A stretch of DNA of 64,000 nucleotides from Octopus vulgaris (taxonomy: Eukaryota), in NCBI GenBank assembly GCA_951406725.2, contig OX597816.1, positions 82,708,001-82,772,000 on the forward strand, in the 5' to 3' direction. The translations under genes were made by a program, and so were the position numbers. Below are positions 1 through 12,852 of this stretch, piece after piece. Under the pieces are notes generated by a model that saw only the letters and a program-made list of their open reading frames with translations, had not been told where the DNA came from and searched no databases. Each line of letters begins with the position of its first letter. Positions within the stretch are counted from its first letter, which is position 1.

Positions 1-168
1 GTTTTTTTGTTAGACCCTTCCTTTTTTAAGATGATAAGGCATGATTTAAGAGAGATTTGACAGCTGTTTCAAGTATGTCATGCTCCTTAATTAGAGAATT
101 TGTCATATTAAGTATATATATTGAATTGATTGCATTGTGTTTTATTAGTTTACTTTATCTACCTGCAG

Positions 169-216
169 GTTGATGATTCTCCACTAATGAGATGTACCAA
201 AACTAAAAACCAATAG
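169..216 (+). CDS. Possible terminal coding exon (VDDSPLMRCTKTKNQ*); ambiguous
   Basis: Pyrimidine-rich acceptor tttactttatctacctgcag|G at 168/169 followed by 15 codons and TAG. An overlapping cag|gtagat also reads as a donor on the minus strand, so strand is uncertain. No homology recognised. Confidence 0.2.
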   Translation, partial: VDDSPLMRCTKTKNQ

Positions 217-414
217 ATCTGCTTGGGATTGCACAAGTTTGTACTTTTCCAATTATGCTATCAACAACAAGCACAAACCCTGTTGCAAGCATCTAGTCAA
301 TATTTTTTAAAACTCTGCATTCAGCAGAATTATGGATCAGAAGTTATTGGATAATATCTCCAATATTCAAGTTTTTACTCAGCAGCAGTGCCACTCCCCA
401 GCTCGCACAAATAT

Positions 415-590
415 TCTTTTTTACTCTCTTTTACTCGTTTCAGTCATTTGACTGTGGCCATGCTGGAGCACCAACTTTAGTCGAGCAAATCGACCCCAGG
501 ACTTATTCTTTGTAAGCCTATTACTTATTCTATCAGTCTCTTTTGCCGAACTGCTAAGTTACAGGGACATACACAGATACACAAACATAT

Positions 591-633
<43 letters not shown>

Positions 634-783
634 TACGACGGGCTTCTTTCAGTTTCCGTCTACCAAATCCACTCACAAGGCTTTGGTCGGCCTGAGACTA
701 TAGCAGGTGCCACGCAGTGGGACTGAACCCGGAACCATGTGGTTGGCAAGCAAGCTACTTATCACACAGCCACTCCTATGCCT
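415..783 (-). mobile_element. tRNA-derived SINE, family A (dominant SINE of this window)
   Basis: Reverse complement of the copy at 13775-14190: head with A/B-box-like motifs, central (TA)n/(CA)n, tail ...gcatggccacagtcaaatgactgaaacgagtaaaagag. Confidence 0.9.
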
Positions 784-984
784 ATGTTCCAAGTTTGTTA
801 TATGTGGCAAGAAACATCTGTCTAAACTGAACAAAACTGGCAAGTATCCGTAAAACTTATAAGGCAGACTATTCAAACCAAGCAATTTGTTATTCACACA
901 ACCAGTTGCTGCTATCAGTCTTTGCAACACTTGATGTCCTCTGTTGAATAATAGTAATATTGAAAATTTCTAATCTAAGCATAC

Positions 985-1200
985 AGTGACAAAATTTTGG
1001 GAAAGAGAATTCTTACTGGTATTAACACCAGTATTTGACTGGTACTTTATTTTATTGCCCATGGAAGAATAAAAAGCAAAGCTCATTTTGAGGGATTCAA
1101 AGAATTCAGAAATGTAAAGGAACATAACAAAATGCTGTAAAGACAGTGAATTCATTGCTGTACTGGCTGATTCTGCCAGTTCACTGTTTAATAACAACAA
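985..1200 (-). mobile_element. SINE family B, degenerate
   Basis: Matches family B motifs (ctggcagaatc, tttgc..tt.at.ctt, aagtaccagt) on the minus strand. Confidence 0.7.
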
Positions 1201-1574
1201 CCACAGTAATTTTTAAACTCCAAGTTTAGCACTGAAAAATTAAAAGCAGAGAAATTCAATACCTTTTCACAATGGCAATCTTGACATGAAGTAAATAATG
1301 TAAAGTCTTAACAGGAAATTGAAACTGAATCTCATATACATTATAGAGAAATCACTACATAGAGAGGGGCTTAGTCATTCTTCAGCCACACCATCACCTA
1401 TCACCATCAGTTAACTGGAGGCAAGAATGATTTCAGCATCACTAGTCAATAGGCAAACAGATGTTAATGTGAACAAGATTGTGTAAGTGTGATTCATACC
1501 AGTATTGCTTATTGCTATTTGGGAAAAGTACATGTGTACAAATATCTATCAGACCATACTCCCCCCACCCTCAC

Positions 1575-1725
1575 ACAATGGACTAGTAGTTAATGTGTTG
1601 GCTTTATGATCCATAGAGCCATAGGTTTGATTCTGGAACCAGGCAGTGTGTACTATCTTGGAGTAAAGCACTTCATTTTCACAGTGTTCCAGTTTACTCA
1701 ACTGAAATGAATAACAGTTGAGTGC
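1575..1725 (+). mobile_element. tRNA-derived SINE family D head, degenerate
   Basis: tggactagtagttaa...ggtttgattc head followed by agcacttcattttcacagtgttccagtttactcaactgaaatga, as in the copies at 17244 and 37215. Confidence 0.55.
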
Positions 1726-2084
1726 TTGTGCAGTGCTTTTGCACTTCATCTGTTCTATCCTAGATGTTGTGTTAGGTCAAGGGTAGGAGGGCCAAGGTGG
1801 GGGCATGTATCTATGACTGCTCACATCAACACAGGCACCTACCTAAAAGAATCAGTGAATGCATAATACATACTGGCACGTTATATGAGATTTTTATACA
1901 CACACACACACACACAATTCATATTGATTCTACTTTCAGTATTGAGTTATTAAGTCTGCCTCTCAGTAAATATTCTGATGTTATTCTCAAACATGCTTTA
2001 AAATATTGACCCTAAATTGATTATACATGCACACATTTTTATACATACATACACATTTTATAATCATTTAAATACTGGTGATAT

Positions 2085-2370
2085 AGTAATCTTTGTTCCT
2101 TAATCTTGGTTGTTATACTTATAATATTTCAGCCACTATACCCTCTATCCTTCTTCAGGTATGTCATATTTGGTAAGGTTCTTAAAATTTCAAACTAAAC
2201 CATTTATTAAGCTCACAGGGACAGACTGTTTTCATGCTACTGTCTATATCAGGGATATTATAGTATTAGTTATTCTTATATGTTGCTAGATCATTATATT
2301 GGACCAGTGACTTATCCAGGGATCAAATTTATTCCCTGGGTCACTCTGCTTAGAAACTGAAAAGAAACTA
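2085..2370 (-). mobile_element. Short retroelement (family F) ending in a decayed type I hammerhead-like motif
   Basis: Minus strand reads ...gacatac CTGAAGA A GGATAGAGGGTATAGTGGCT GAAA TATTATAAGTATAAC (about 2113-2165); homologous to 3095-3292 (+). Confidence 0.55.
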
Positions 2371-2394
2371 AATCTGTCATGAACCTACAAGATC

Positions 2395-2655
2395 ATAAAG
2401 CTGGAGTTTATCTCGGTTCCTATTGTGTATAAGCAACTGAAGGAATACCATAATTCCTATCTGGACAGGATGTCAGTCTGTAGCAGGATAAACCCCAACC
2501 AGCTGCTGCTGGTACTCATCTTCAGCTGAATGATCTAAGCAACAAGAAGTAAAAGGTCTTGTTCAAGGACACACTGCACTTCTGGATTGGGAGTCAAACC
2601 CATAATCTTGTAATCAAGAGCCCAGTTGCCTAACCATTAGACCATGCACCTTCTC
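2395..2655 (-). mobile_element. tRNA-derived SINE family D
   Basis: Minus-strand head gtgcatggtctaatggttagg...gggtttgactccc, then gtgtccttgaacaagacc; tail motif ctggacaggatgtcagtctgtagcagg shared with 38850-39150. Confidence 0.7.
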
Positions 2656-3094
2656 TATCAAACAGTCTCTTTCTTTCTCACGTCATTATCATTTATTAAC
2701 ATCCACATTTCCAAGCTTGCATGGAGCAGACAGAATTTTTTGAGGCAGATTTTTTTCCAAGGCTAGATGCACTTCTTGTCACCAACCCTTACCCAATTCC
2801 AAACAAGGTAATATTTCCCCATGACCATATAGGTTTTCCATGAAAGGCTAAATGAACAACATTGCTTGTATGAGGGTGAGGGTCATTTACAACCATTGTG
2901 TGATGGTTAGACAAAGGTACACACACACAAAGAGCTTCTTTCAGTTTCTGCCTAACAAATCTACATAGTTTTGGTCAGCCCAAGGCTATAATATAATATT
3001 TTCCTAAGGTGCCATGGAGGAGGACTGACCACATGACCATGTGTTTGGAAAGCAGACTTACTTAATCATACAGACACACTCGTGCCTAATATAT

Positions 3095-3292
3095 ATACCA
3101 TCTAATTCAAACTGAACGAGCAAATGACATTATAAGAAAGGGAAATAGCTAAGATGAAAATATCTGTGGTATGGACAATGAAACGAGAACATCAATTCTA
3201 TAGATTTAATAAAATTCCTAGAATGTTATGGAGTATGGCAGGCATTTGAAGAAGAGTGGACAGTATAAGGGCTGAAATGCTCTGACTAATAA
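3095..3292 (+). mobile_element. Family F copy with decayed hammerhead-like 3' motif
   Basis: ...gcat TTGAAGA A GAGTGGACAGTATAAGGGCT GAAA TGCTCTGAC; upstream aaatatc..g.tatggaca..gagaaca..ttaataaa aligns with the reverse complement of about 2120-2300. Confidence 0.45.
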
Positions 3293-3294
3293 TC

Positions 3295-3745
3295 AGGCAT
3301 GGCTGTGTGGTTAAGAAGTTCACATAGCAAAGTTTCATGTTCAGTCCCAATCAACGGTATCTTGGTTTTCTTCTGTTACAGCCATGAACAGACCAATATC
3401 CTGTGAGGGAGCTTGACAGACAGAAATACCATATATCTATATGACACACACAAGGTTGTTTGTTATGACAGATCGGAGAATGATTACTGGTTTTGCATCT
3501 ATAAAGCATTTAGCTGTATAGATGACACATTAGACTCAAATGGCCGGAGGCATGAGAGATATGTGTGTCTCACTGCTTGACAATTGATGATGGTTTGTTT
3601 ACATCCCTATAATTCAGAGGTTCACCAAAAAGAAACTGGTAGAATAAGTACCAGACTTATGAAAATGGTACTGGGGTCAATTTGATCAAATAAACCTTTC
3701 AAGCTAGTGTACCCAAGTATGGCTGAAATCCAATGATTAGCCGGT
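3295..3745 (+). mobile_element. SINE family A, diverged
   Basis: caggcatggctgtgtggttaagaag...gttcagtccc head; agaataagtaccagac tail. Confidence 0.75.
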
Positions 3746-4119
3746 ATATGATAATGGTAATTCTTCACGTCACTCACTGTCAAGTATCAGGTAATGCTCA
3801 TCGAGGGTCTTGGTTGTTTGAGCATTTCAGTCTCACAATCACCTGTTGTAATACTGTGACTGTTCTGGGCAGTTTCAACAATTTTCAGTAGGAAGGCCAG
3901 TTTATATTGGTCTAGTCTATATATGTGAGGGTTTGTATGTTTATGTAATTTATATTCTATTCTGTTTTCTTTGATAATTTAAATCTGTTTTGCTCATTTC
4001 TTTTGGCAGACTGTGTCCTATGACAGTTTTATAATTAGATTCAGTTACAAAATAAAGCTGTAATAATTAATTAAAAAAAGTCTGTAAAACTCATTTCACT
4101 TTCAAGAATTAAATATATA

Positions 4120-4835
4120 TTTATTTTTCACTCGTTTCAGCCATTGGACTGTGGCCATGCTGGGGCATCGCTTTGAAGGGTCTAGTAAAGGCCTGGCCAA
4201 CTCGAATTACATTGTGGGTCACTTTAAACACAGAAAGTTTTTGAGGGCCGCTTGTATACTGACAGAATTGAAAGCATTTTGCTTTCTCATGCTATTATTA
4301 CAATAATGAATGAACGATCGTTGATTCAACATGAAATATTATTGTTGCAAAAACAGTAGTATCTTTCTTTTCTTTACTTTTCATTACAACCTTTAATTTT
4401 TTATAAAAATTTTAAAATGTTTCTTTAAAGGTGGTGCTCCAAACACAGTCAAATGACTGAAACAAGTAAAAGAGTAAATAAACCTATTTCAAGAAAGTAT
4501 CAAGTATCATGATAAAAGTCTGTGGGGCGCATGCGGCCCGCGGGCCTCAGGTTGGTCAGCCCTGGTCAAGTAGAACAAATCGACCCCTGACCTCATTTTT
4601 TTAAAAAGACGTACTATTCTTTAGGTCCTTTTGGTTGAACCGCCAATTTGGGTTGGGGCGTAAACAAACCAACACCGCCTGTCAAGAGGTAGTCACACAC
4701 ACGCACATGACGAGCTTCTTTCAGTTTCTACCTAATAAGCCCTCTCACAGGGATTTGGGTCAGCTCGGGGCTATTGTAGAACACTAGCCCATCTGCTGGG
4801 GAACCAAACTTCTTACGGTGTAGCTATGTCTGCGC
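4120..4835 (-). mobile_element. SINE family A interrupted by a hAT MITE
   Basis: Tail at 4120-4187 resumes at 4565 (gaacaaatcgacccc...) and continues to the head near 4835. Confidence 0.75.
4188..4564. mobile_element. Non-autonomous hAT (Charlie-like) MITE
   Basis: Imperfect 14-bp TIRs aaggcctggccaac / gttggtcagccctg; 8-bp TSD gtctagta (4180-4187) / gtcaagta (4565-4572); subterminal gcggcccgcgggcc palindrome. Confidence 0.8.
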
Positions 4836-6100
4836 CCATAAACTTTGGGGATGCTATTTCCACAATGTTATCCCTATGCACATCGTGTGAGTGTGTGATT
4901 GTGTGTTAGTTATTCAACATTATCAAAGTTTCATATTTATATTTCCAGCCAACGATGGTGTAGAATACCGCTACACCTTTCCATCAATAACCACTAATCA
5001 CCTTGACAATCCTCCCAAATTCTGCAGAGAAAGGGATTGTCACATGACGATGATGATGAGTAATATCAGCAGTTAAGTAAATCATATCAGAATGTTTCGT
5101 ATTGGCACATCTTGACTCAGATTTTATATATAAGCACAAGTCTTCAGTCTCAACAGGAGTGGTTTTAATAAACATCCTATCCTATACGTAATACGATGTC
5201 CTGCCTGAAGCTATTTCAATCATAAATATCCTGTCTTCTTTATAGGCACAATGCACCCAGAACAACATTCCCTAAAGAGCCTTTAAGCATGATTTGATGA
5301 GGATTTGGCTACTATTTCTAGCAGGTCGAGCGGCCATGTACAGGCTTCCTCGTTAAAGGTTGATATTTGAGTGTCTATCAGAGACCATATGCCTTTGGTA
5401 TGTTGCAAAGGAATAGTCAGTTGAAAACTGAAATCGCTTCAGTCAAAATCACGTGCTTTCGTCAACTTGTATATCGTTTTTTCTTTTAAATAAACCTGGA
5501 GCCTTATTTTCGCAAGCTATGGCGGCAATGACGGATGTGCTGAGGCCGCTAATGCGGATTCTGTTAGATTTTGAACACTGACAAACACACGGCATCGAAT
5601 TAAATATGGGGTAAACTATATAAAACGAGCTTTCTATCTCCACATTCTAGACTAGCCACAAACAATGCTATTTAGGCGATCGATAACAGGGGGTATAAAG
5701 CTACACACACACACATAATGATTTAGTTAACACGTACACGAAAGAGAGAGAGAGAAAGGGGGGAGAGAGTGTGTGCAGCTTTCAGTAAACAAAACTATAA
5801 ACAACCCTATTAGAGAAAATAAATTAAACCCAAATCGAAGGCAAAGCTAGTGTGAACAGGCCTATTGCAATAATCGACCTTCCCACTCCAGCTTCCTCAT
5901 CTCCAAAGCAACAAAGGTCCCAAAGCTGGTAAAACAAGGTCGTAGGATGAAGATCGATGGCGAATAACAGAATAACAGATTGCTTGTGAAGAGGCAAAGG
6001 AACAAATGATTTAAAGGGACAGCTATGGAACCGTTTAGACAGAGCTGTAGCTAGCTAGCTAGCAAGATAGACAGATGGCACGTGTGTGTGTGTGTGTATG
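4200..6100. promoter_or_regulatory. CpG-retaining, promoter-like region
   Basis: Visibly more CpG than the flanks; YY1-like ATGGCGGC at about 5519; contains the candidate first exon 5879-5900. Confidence 0.4.
5879..5900 (-). CDS. Candidate alternative first coding exon (MRKLEWE + G, phase 1)
   Basis: gagATGAGGAAGCTGGAGTGGGAAG|gtcgat, 22 nt; pyrimidine-rich UTR-like sequence upstream; the donor is weak. Confidence 0.3.
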
Positions 6101-6468
6101 TGTGGGTAGGGGAAATAAGAGGAATGATATAGTAGTTGTTTAGTTACAGGTTAACACTGGTGGAACAAACCTATGATTAGACTTTCCAAGCGTGACCAAC
6201 ATGTCTATTCAGTCATAGCAATATATCCAGGAATACACTATTCAATGTATGCTGTCAAGCAAGTCGAACGGTCACAGAAGGGGCTCCCTTGTTAATTTGG
6301 AATAAACCTGGTTAGACTGATGGATAAATAGGGTGGATACATACAGCATATCAGAGATATATAACATAGCCTGAGGGATATGAAATACTGAGGAATAGAT
6401 GAGTAAATAATTAGATAAAAAGTCAATTACTGAAGAGTAGTTTGTATAACTAGATGAAGATAGAAATA

Positions 6469-6542
<74 letters not shown>

Positions 6543-6590
6543 GTGTACACACACGCACACGTATATATATATATATACACACACACACAC
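6469..6590. repeat. (CTAT)n plus (TA)/(CA) microsatellite
   Basis: Direct inspection. Confidence 0.95.
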
Positions 6591-7539
6591 CAAAACAAAA
6601 AAAAAACATATTCTATTAAGTTGCATAAATTGATAGAGCTGCTATAATAATAACAACAACAATAATAAAAAAAACCCCAGAAAAACAAAGCAAATGAAAC
6701 TGACTTTCTTCAGAATTAGATTTTTCACCTAAATTTTCATTTAACGATAATTTATGTAAAAACACACACACACATACATACACACACAATTTATACAGAG
6801 GAAGAAAGGGACTGTGAAAAAAAAAAAATGTGACATATAGAAAGATATAGGAGGGTAGATAGAGTGAATGGAGAGAAATGCTGCTTAAAACCACAAATGT
6901 AGATGTACAAGATGGTGAGTATATGTGCAGTGCACATACAAGTGCACCTGCACATGTATGTAATCAATATGTAACATATTTCTAATCAACGATGGCGCTT
7001 CTATGTGGTCACTCAAATGAAATAACAGCAAAATTCTCCCTCAAAATACACAGGTCTATTTTAAAAAAAGGGAGGGGCACAGTGCTTGAGAGGATAGGAT
7101 GGCCATGGGTGGAATGTCTTTGATTGCAGGTCTCTCAGTCACAGATGACAGAGTTATATGTGTTCATTTTCATGTTTAATCACACAACCACCCATCATTA
7201 TCATGTTATGTTTATTTTTCCATGTTGATATGAGTTGGATGTACTGTCACATTCCAAATCAATTTTGAAGTAATTAACTCTCCTGATTGCTGAAGAGTTA
7301 CATCCATTTGTACACTACATTTTGGCACAGTCTCAAATGGCTAGATGCACTTCATAACATCAACTACTTTATGCATCTATTGGGTGCACCAGGACTACAG
7401 AGGTAAGCATATGTATCATCATCATCATCATTTAACGTCTGTCTTCCATGCTAGCATGGGTTGGACCACCCCTTATATATATATATATATTGGCTAAACT
7501 GGCAACATATGACCATCCTCAAATACACCAATATATATA

Positions 7540-7830
7540 TCATCATCATCGTTTAACGTCCGCTTTCCATGCTAGCATGGGTTGGACGATTTGACTGAGG
7601 ACTGGGGAACCAGATGGCTGCACCAGGCTTCAATCTTGATCTGGCAAAATTTTTACAGCTGGATGCCCTTCCTAACGCCAACCACTCCAAGAGTGTAGTG
7701 GGTGCTTTTACGTGCACGGGGCCAGTCAGGCGGTACTGGCAATGACCTCGCTCAAACCTTTTACATATGCCACCAGCAAAGGTGCCAGTAAGGTGATGCT
7801 GGCAATGATCATACTCGAATGGCGTCTATT
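7540..7830 (-). mobile_element. RTE LINE 3'-UTR fragment (family C)
   Basis: catcatcatcgtttaacgtccgctttccatgctagcatgggttggac...ctggatgcccttcctaacgccaacc, the same end as the RT-bearing copy 16404-17243. Confidence 0.85.
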
Positions 7831-8089
7831 ACAAAAAACAAACTATATTCTTTATTCTAATATACTGAGCTTTTCATTGTATGACTGGTGATAGACACCA
7901 GCATCAATCTTGCTTATACTAGCACTAGTTGGAGGGAATCTATTGAAGCAGTACTATTTATATATATAAGGGTGTGGGTATGTAAATATAGGAAGTTGCA
8001 TCCAGTCATCAAATACTACTCCACAGTGAAGAGAAAAACAAACTTTAGTTCAAATATGTTCATAACATATTTTCCCTTATGCATATGTG

Positions 8090-8490
8090 TGTTTGTGGCT
8101 GTGTAGTAAATAGCTTGCTTACAAACCACATGGCTCCGGGTTCAGTCCCACTGTGTAGTATCTTGGGCAAATGTCTTCTACTATAACCTTGGGCCGACCA
8201 AAGCCTTGTGAGTGGATTTGGTAGATGGAAGCTGAAAGAAGCCCGTTGTCATCATCATCATCATCATGTATATATATATATGTATGTTTGTGTGTCTGTA
8301 TCCCCACCATTGCTTGACAACTGATGCTGGTGTGTTTACTTCCCCGTAACTTAGCGGTTTGGCAAAATAGACTGATAGAATAAGTACTAGGCTTACAAAG
8401 AATTAGTTCTGGGATCGATTTGTTTGACTAAAGGCGGTGCTCCAGCATGGCTGCAGTCAAATGACTGAAACAAATAAAGAGAGAGAAAGA
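8090..8490 (+). mobile_element. SINE family A
   Basis: Near full-length match to 13775-14190. Confidence 0.9.
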
Positions 8491-9133
8491 AAAAAAAAAG
8501 TAAGTGTCACCATCATGCAAGTAGTGTCCTTTATTTCAAGCATCCATGACAACATGTCTAACTGAAGAAGTATTGGCAACAGGAAAGGCAGTCAGCTGTA
8601 GGAAATTTGTCTCAATAAATTTTGTTTGCACCATGTAAGCATGGAAAAGTGGATGTTAAACCGATGATGATGATAATGATTAAATGGGGAGGAGCCTTAT
8701 ACTTCTCAGAAGCAAGGAACAACAATGAAAACTTTTCTGGGTGGTGGAGTAGGTATATTATTAATAGAGATAAAATAATTAAGGTAATCAGAGTGTGCGA
8801 TAAAATAATTATGTTCAGGCCAGCTATAGACAACACAAAGGTAACCTTTATCTTTGCACGTGTGCTACAATCAGAGAGTGTTCATAAAGAGAAGAATCAC
8901 TTCTATGAAACCTTCCTGTAGATCATCATGAATGACAGAGACCTTAGCATCATGGTCGCATTAGCATAGCTAGAGTGTGTGCCACCTGAGACGGCCCTTC
9001 TGCTTGCCACCCCTGGACCCCACAGAAAACCACATATTACCTGTAGCAGACCCAAAAGTACTGCCCCTTTAAAAGTGCCACAGGGGCGGACTGCTCCCTT
9101 CCAGCTACACTAGTGCATGGTTGGTAATTTTAA

Positions 9134-9351
9134 CCTCTTAGCATTTAAACCAGTCATATCCAGCCCAAATATACACCTGTTTCATGTTCTAACCAGCTAG
9201 ATCCAGCCAATCACACCTACCCTTCAATGCTACTACAAAATATACAATCTCATCATCAAAATTTCGAAGCAACAAAATAATGCTTGATTAATTAAAAACA
9301 ATGTGAATGAAAAGGTATTACATTTGACAGAATAATCTGAATGCTAAAGGG
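9134..9351. mobile_element. piggyBac-type MITE
   Basis: ttaa|cctcttagcattta ... tgaatgctaaaggg|ttat: CCC-type TIRs with a TTAA-like TSD. Confidence 0.7.
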
Positions 9352-9879
9352 TTATATAGGCATCTTGGGCAACATCATAATGGTTTCACTAGTGTATATG
9401 ATGGCTATGGACATAGTACCCAAAAAATGAGGAGGGGTCAAGCCTACAGGGATTTTAATGATGCAAATGACCTAACCATTAGCAAAACTAACTTCAGAAA
9501 ACTGTGTAGCCACTTGATTGCATACCAATCAATTGAACATACATGCTGTTTTAACATCCACTTTTCCATGTCTGCATGTATCAGACAGAATTTAAGACAA
9601 ATTTTTCACAGCTGGATGCCCTTCATGTCACCAATTTGCTTCCAAGCAGGGTAATATTTCCCCGAGGTCAAACATGCTTTTGAAAATACTGGAAATGAAT
9701 GACAGGCTTCTTTCAGTTTCTGTTTACTAAATCCATTCACAAAGCTTTAATTGGCCTAGGGTTATTGCAGAAGATATTCACCCAAGCTGTCATACTGTGG
9801 GACTGAGTCCAAAACTATGTGTTGAAAAAGCAAACGTCTCAGTCACACATAAGTATATACATGCAATTTAGAATGTTAA

Positions 9880-10350
9880 AGGACTCAAGACTTGTCAAAC
9901 CAAGTGAAATAGAATTTGTGACTGTTGCCAGTGTCATGTAAATAGCACCTGTGAAATCGTGATCGTAGCCACTGGCAGTAGCATGATCTTTGAATGTTGG
10001 GCCTCAAGGAGGCGAGGGATGGTTTGGTGAAGCACAGTCTTCGAATGTTTGGTCTCACAGAGGTGATGACAAGTGATCAAGACCTTTGCTGTGCTTGGGA
10101 AGACTTGCCAAACTAAGTGAAATCATAGTTGTGGCTGTTGCCAGTGTCATGTAAATGGCACCCATACTAGTGGCACATAAAAAGCACCCATTACACTCTT
10201 GGAGTAGTTGGCGTTAGGAAGGGCATCCAGCCATAGAAACCATGTCAAATCAGACTGGAACATGGTGCAGCTCCCTGGCTTACCAGTTCCAGTAAAACTG
10301 TCTAACCCATGCCAGCATGGAAAGCAGATGTTAAATGACAATGATGATGA
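9880..10350 (+). mobile_element. RTE LINE 3'-UTR fragment (family C) with internal duplications
   Basis: Ends ...catgccagcatggaaagcagatgttaaatgacaatgatgatg; gttgccagtgtcatgtaaat occurs twice. Confidence 0.8.
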
Positions 10351-11144
10351 GTGATTGAAATCCTGGCCATGCCCATGATATTTATCAGACAAAGGCAACC
10401 TTTTTCAAGAAATGGGCCACATAGACATGGCTCATCATCAGATGGGCCCCACTACCAAAACAATTCAAGGTAATTTTTCATTTGCATGCCATTCAGAAAG
10501 TTCTGTAGGACACAGTTCACCCATGATTGATATGTATTATGTCATCATGCCAGACCCTCAGTGATCACTTCCACTATTAAAAGTGAAAGTGGTTGTAATA
10601 GACAAAAGGAAACTGTGAGTGGTTCCTCATGTCCAAACAATAAAGTGAAGCTGATTCGGGGAGTGGTGGGGGTGAGAGACAAAGAGTATGGAATCAACTT
10701 CATTATTTGACTGGTACTTATGCTGTTGTGACTGACAGTCAATTTAAAACTTACTAAATGCAGGCAGGAAGAAAAGCCATGCAGCATCAAGGATCAATTT
10801 ACATAACCACTTGAGGGAGTGATGCACTCTCTCATGATCTTTGGACATGAAGAAACTTCCATCAAGAGCTCAGAATAACAAGAGGTCAATGAAATAATTC
10901 TGTGTGTGTGTGTGCTTGTATACATATGCCCTTGTGAAGGCTTGTAGCATGTTCAGTATCTGTATTCATTAGCACACACACATATATACATATTCATATA
11001 AGCAAAGAATCTTCTCAAATTCTAGCCAACTATATACACTGGAGGCAGCCACCCTGGGTGAAGGAGTTGGATTTTAAGTTTTCATTTATCTGAGCACTAC
11101 TCTGTGGATATCTGCACAACACTTGCTTTGTGTTCTCCAGTACA

Positions 11145-11179
<35 letters not shown>

Positions 11180-11204
11180 TGTGTGTGTGTATCTTTTGTC
11201 ATTT

Positions 11205-11590
11205 TTTTAATCTTTTACATGTATCAGTCATTAGACTGTGGCCATGCTGGGGCACTGCCTTGAAGAACTTTTGGTCAAATGAATCAACCCCAGTACTTTT
11301 TTAAAGCCTAGTACTTATTCTATCAATCACTTTTTGCTGAACCACTAAGTTACAGGATTGTAAACACACCAACACCAGTTGTTAAGCAGTTGTGGGGGTC
11401 AAGCACAGACAAAAAACACCACACACACACATGGGCTTCTTTCAGTTTCCATATAACAAATCCACTCACAAGGCTTTGGTTGGCCCAAGGCAATAGCAGA
11501 AAACACTTGTCCAAAGTACCATGCAGTGGGACTGAACCTGGAACCATATTGCTGGGAAGCAAACTTCTTACCACACTGCCATGTGCAGGC
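11205..11590 (-). mobile_element. SINE family A
   Basis: Full reverse-complement match. Confidence 0.9.
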
Positions 11591-12760
11591 ATTACTAGGT
11601 GGTTAAGTACTGTTATAAACCCACTTCAAAACATCCAAAATGGAATCTCATTGAACTGATGGCATTTTTGTATTACTGCAGGAGGAATAAATTTGTAAAT
11701 GATCAATGTTTGGAATCCGTAATAGCAGATTTTTGGTCAAAATGTGAAAATTTTGGCAATTTGTTTAGTTTCTATTTTTTCCTAACCACATATATTGCCC
11801 AAAAATATTTTTACTAAAAGATAATTTGAATGTTAAAGAATGAGTTTATTTTGGCAAGGAAGATACTGCACTGGATTGTGTTTTTCTTTTTCTTTCTCCC
11901 AATGGACTTTAAGTATAGAGGAAAGAATTCATAGAAGCTTTGTGGTAATTTAGAACTACACAGCGTGGGGAAAATTATGCTGATTTATTACATGGAAATT
12001 CTGAAACACTGAAAGATTAGTGCTGCATTCAAACATGTACATGCTGATGAGTTACAAGAACAGCTGGTGATGGAAGGACTTTGATTGATGTGTATGAGGT
12101 GGTTTAAAGATGTATTGTGGAAAGGAATACAGTTTTATAGATAATATAAATGGAAAAAATTCTTGAGTGATACATAAACTTGCTTAAATACTGTCCACTA
12201 ACGATGATAATGCCAAAAAGGATCTGACAAAAATCAATCATCTTGTAATTGTAGCAAAATTCACAAACAAGAAATTTAAGGTAAAAATATTAGAGATGGC
12301 ATGGTTTTTTTTTTCAAAATCATCATTAACATCTCTTAGCTCTCTCACAATTGGATCCACAAATTATTGATGCAGAATTATTGACCTAGTGTATAGAACA
12401 GGAAAAACAAACTGAACAAGAAATTAATGAAGCAAAGAAAGTGCAATCCATCACTGCTAGTTTTTTACAAACCTGAAATTCAAGGAGTGGTCCATACACA
12501 AGCATGCATGAATTAGAGAACACCCTCCCAACAAGAAGTGAAATGAGTGATATAATTGAGAAGACAGAATTGTTGTAATCAGAAACACCCATCCCATTTG
12601 AATGACAAGAAAAAAAATATCTGAACTTTTCCAGTTGATAAATCTAACATGAATAAAGGCTGGGTATTTTGCTTGTGCTTTACAGCAATGATGAATTTTA
12701 ATCACAAGTCAAAACTAAACTAGGGTAAAAAAAGAAAAAGGAAAATGTAAAGAGGGTCTG
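11590..12760 (+). pseudogene. Highly decayed DNA-transposase-like coding remnant (hAT-like, unclassified)
   Basis: Broken frames give LSTNDDNAKKDLTKINHLVIVAKFTNKKFKVK..IRDGM and SGPYTSMHELENTL...KTELL*..RNTHP...ELFQL. These resemble the PTNN-x-x-AER / GGPFTS / TEL-Y-R-TH motifs I recall from invertebrate transposon-derived ORFs. Confidence 0.4.
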
Positions 12761-12852
12761 AAAAAGTCCATCATCAACAGCTGATCTCTATTTTGAGTTT
12801 AAAACATATGTAACAAGTGTACAAAAATTTTATGTCAATATATTCACTGAAC

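Noticed and set aside
1205-1258. Minus-strand strong acceptor ttttaatttttcag as the common exon
   Set aside because: No convincing donor; runs into a SINE B remnant.
5519-5581. Plus-strand mini-ORF MAAMTDVLRPLMRILLDFEH*
   Set aside because: Closed 20-codon ORF without a donor; better explained as a YY1-like promoter motif.
8622-8921. 99-aa ORF
   Set aside because: Starts within an RTE tail repeat; no recognisable domain or splice support.
10400-10450. Minus-strand CTGATGA followed by a hairpin and GAAA
   Set aside because: Seven extra nucleotides lie between helix II and GAAA, and there is no helix I.
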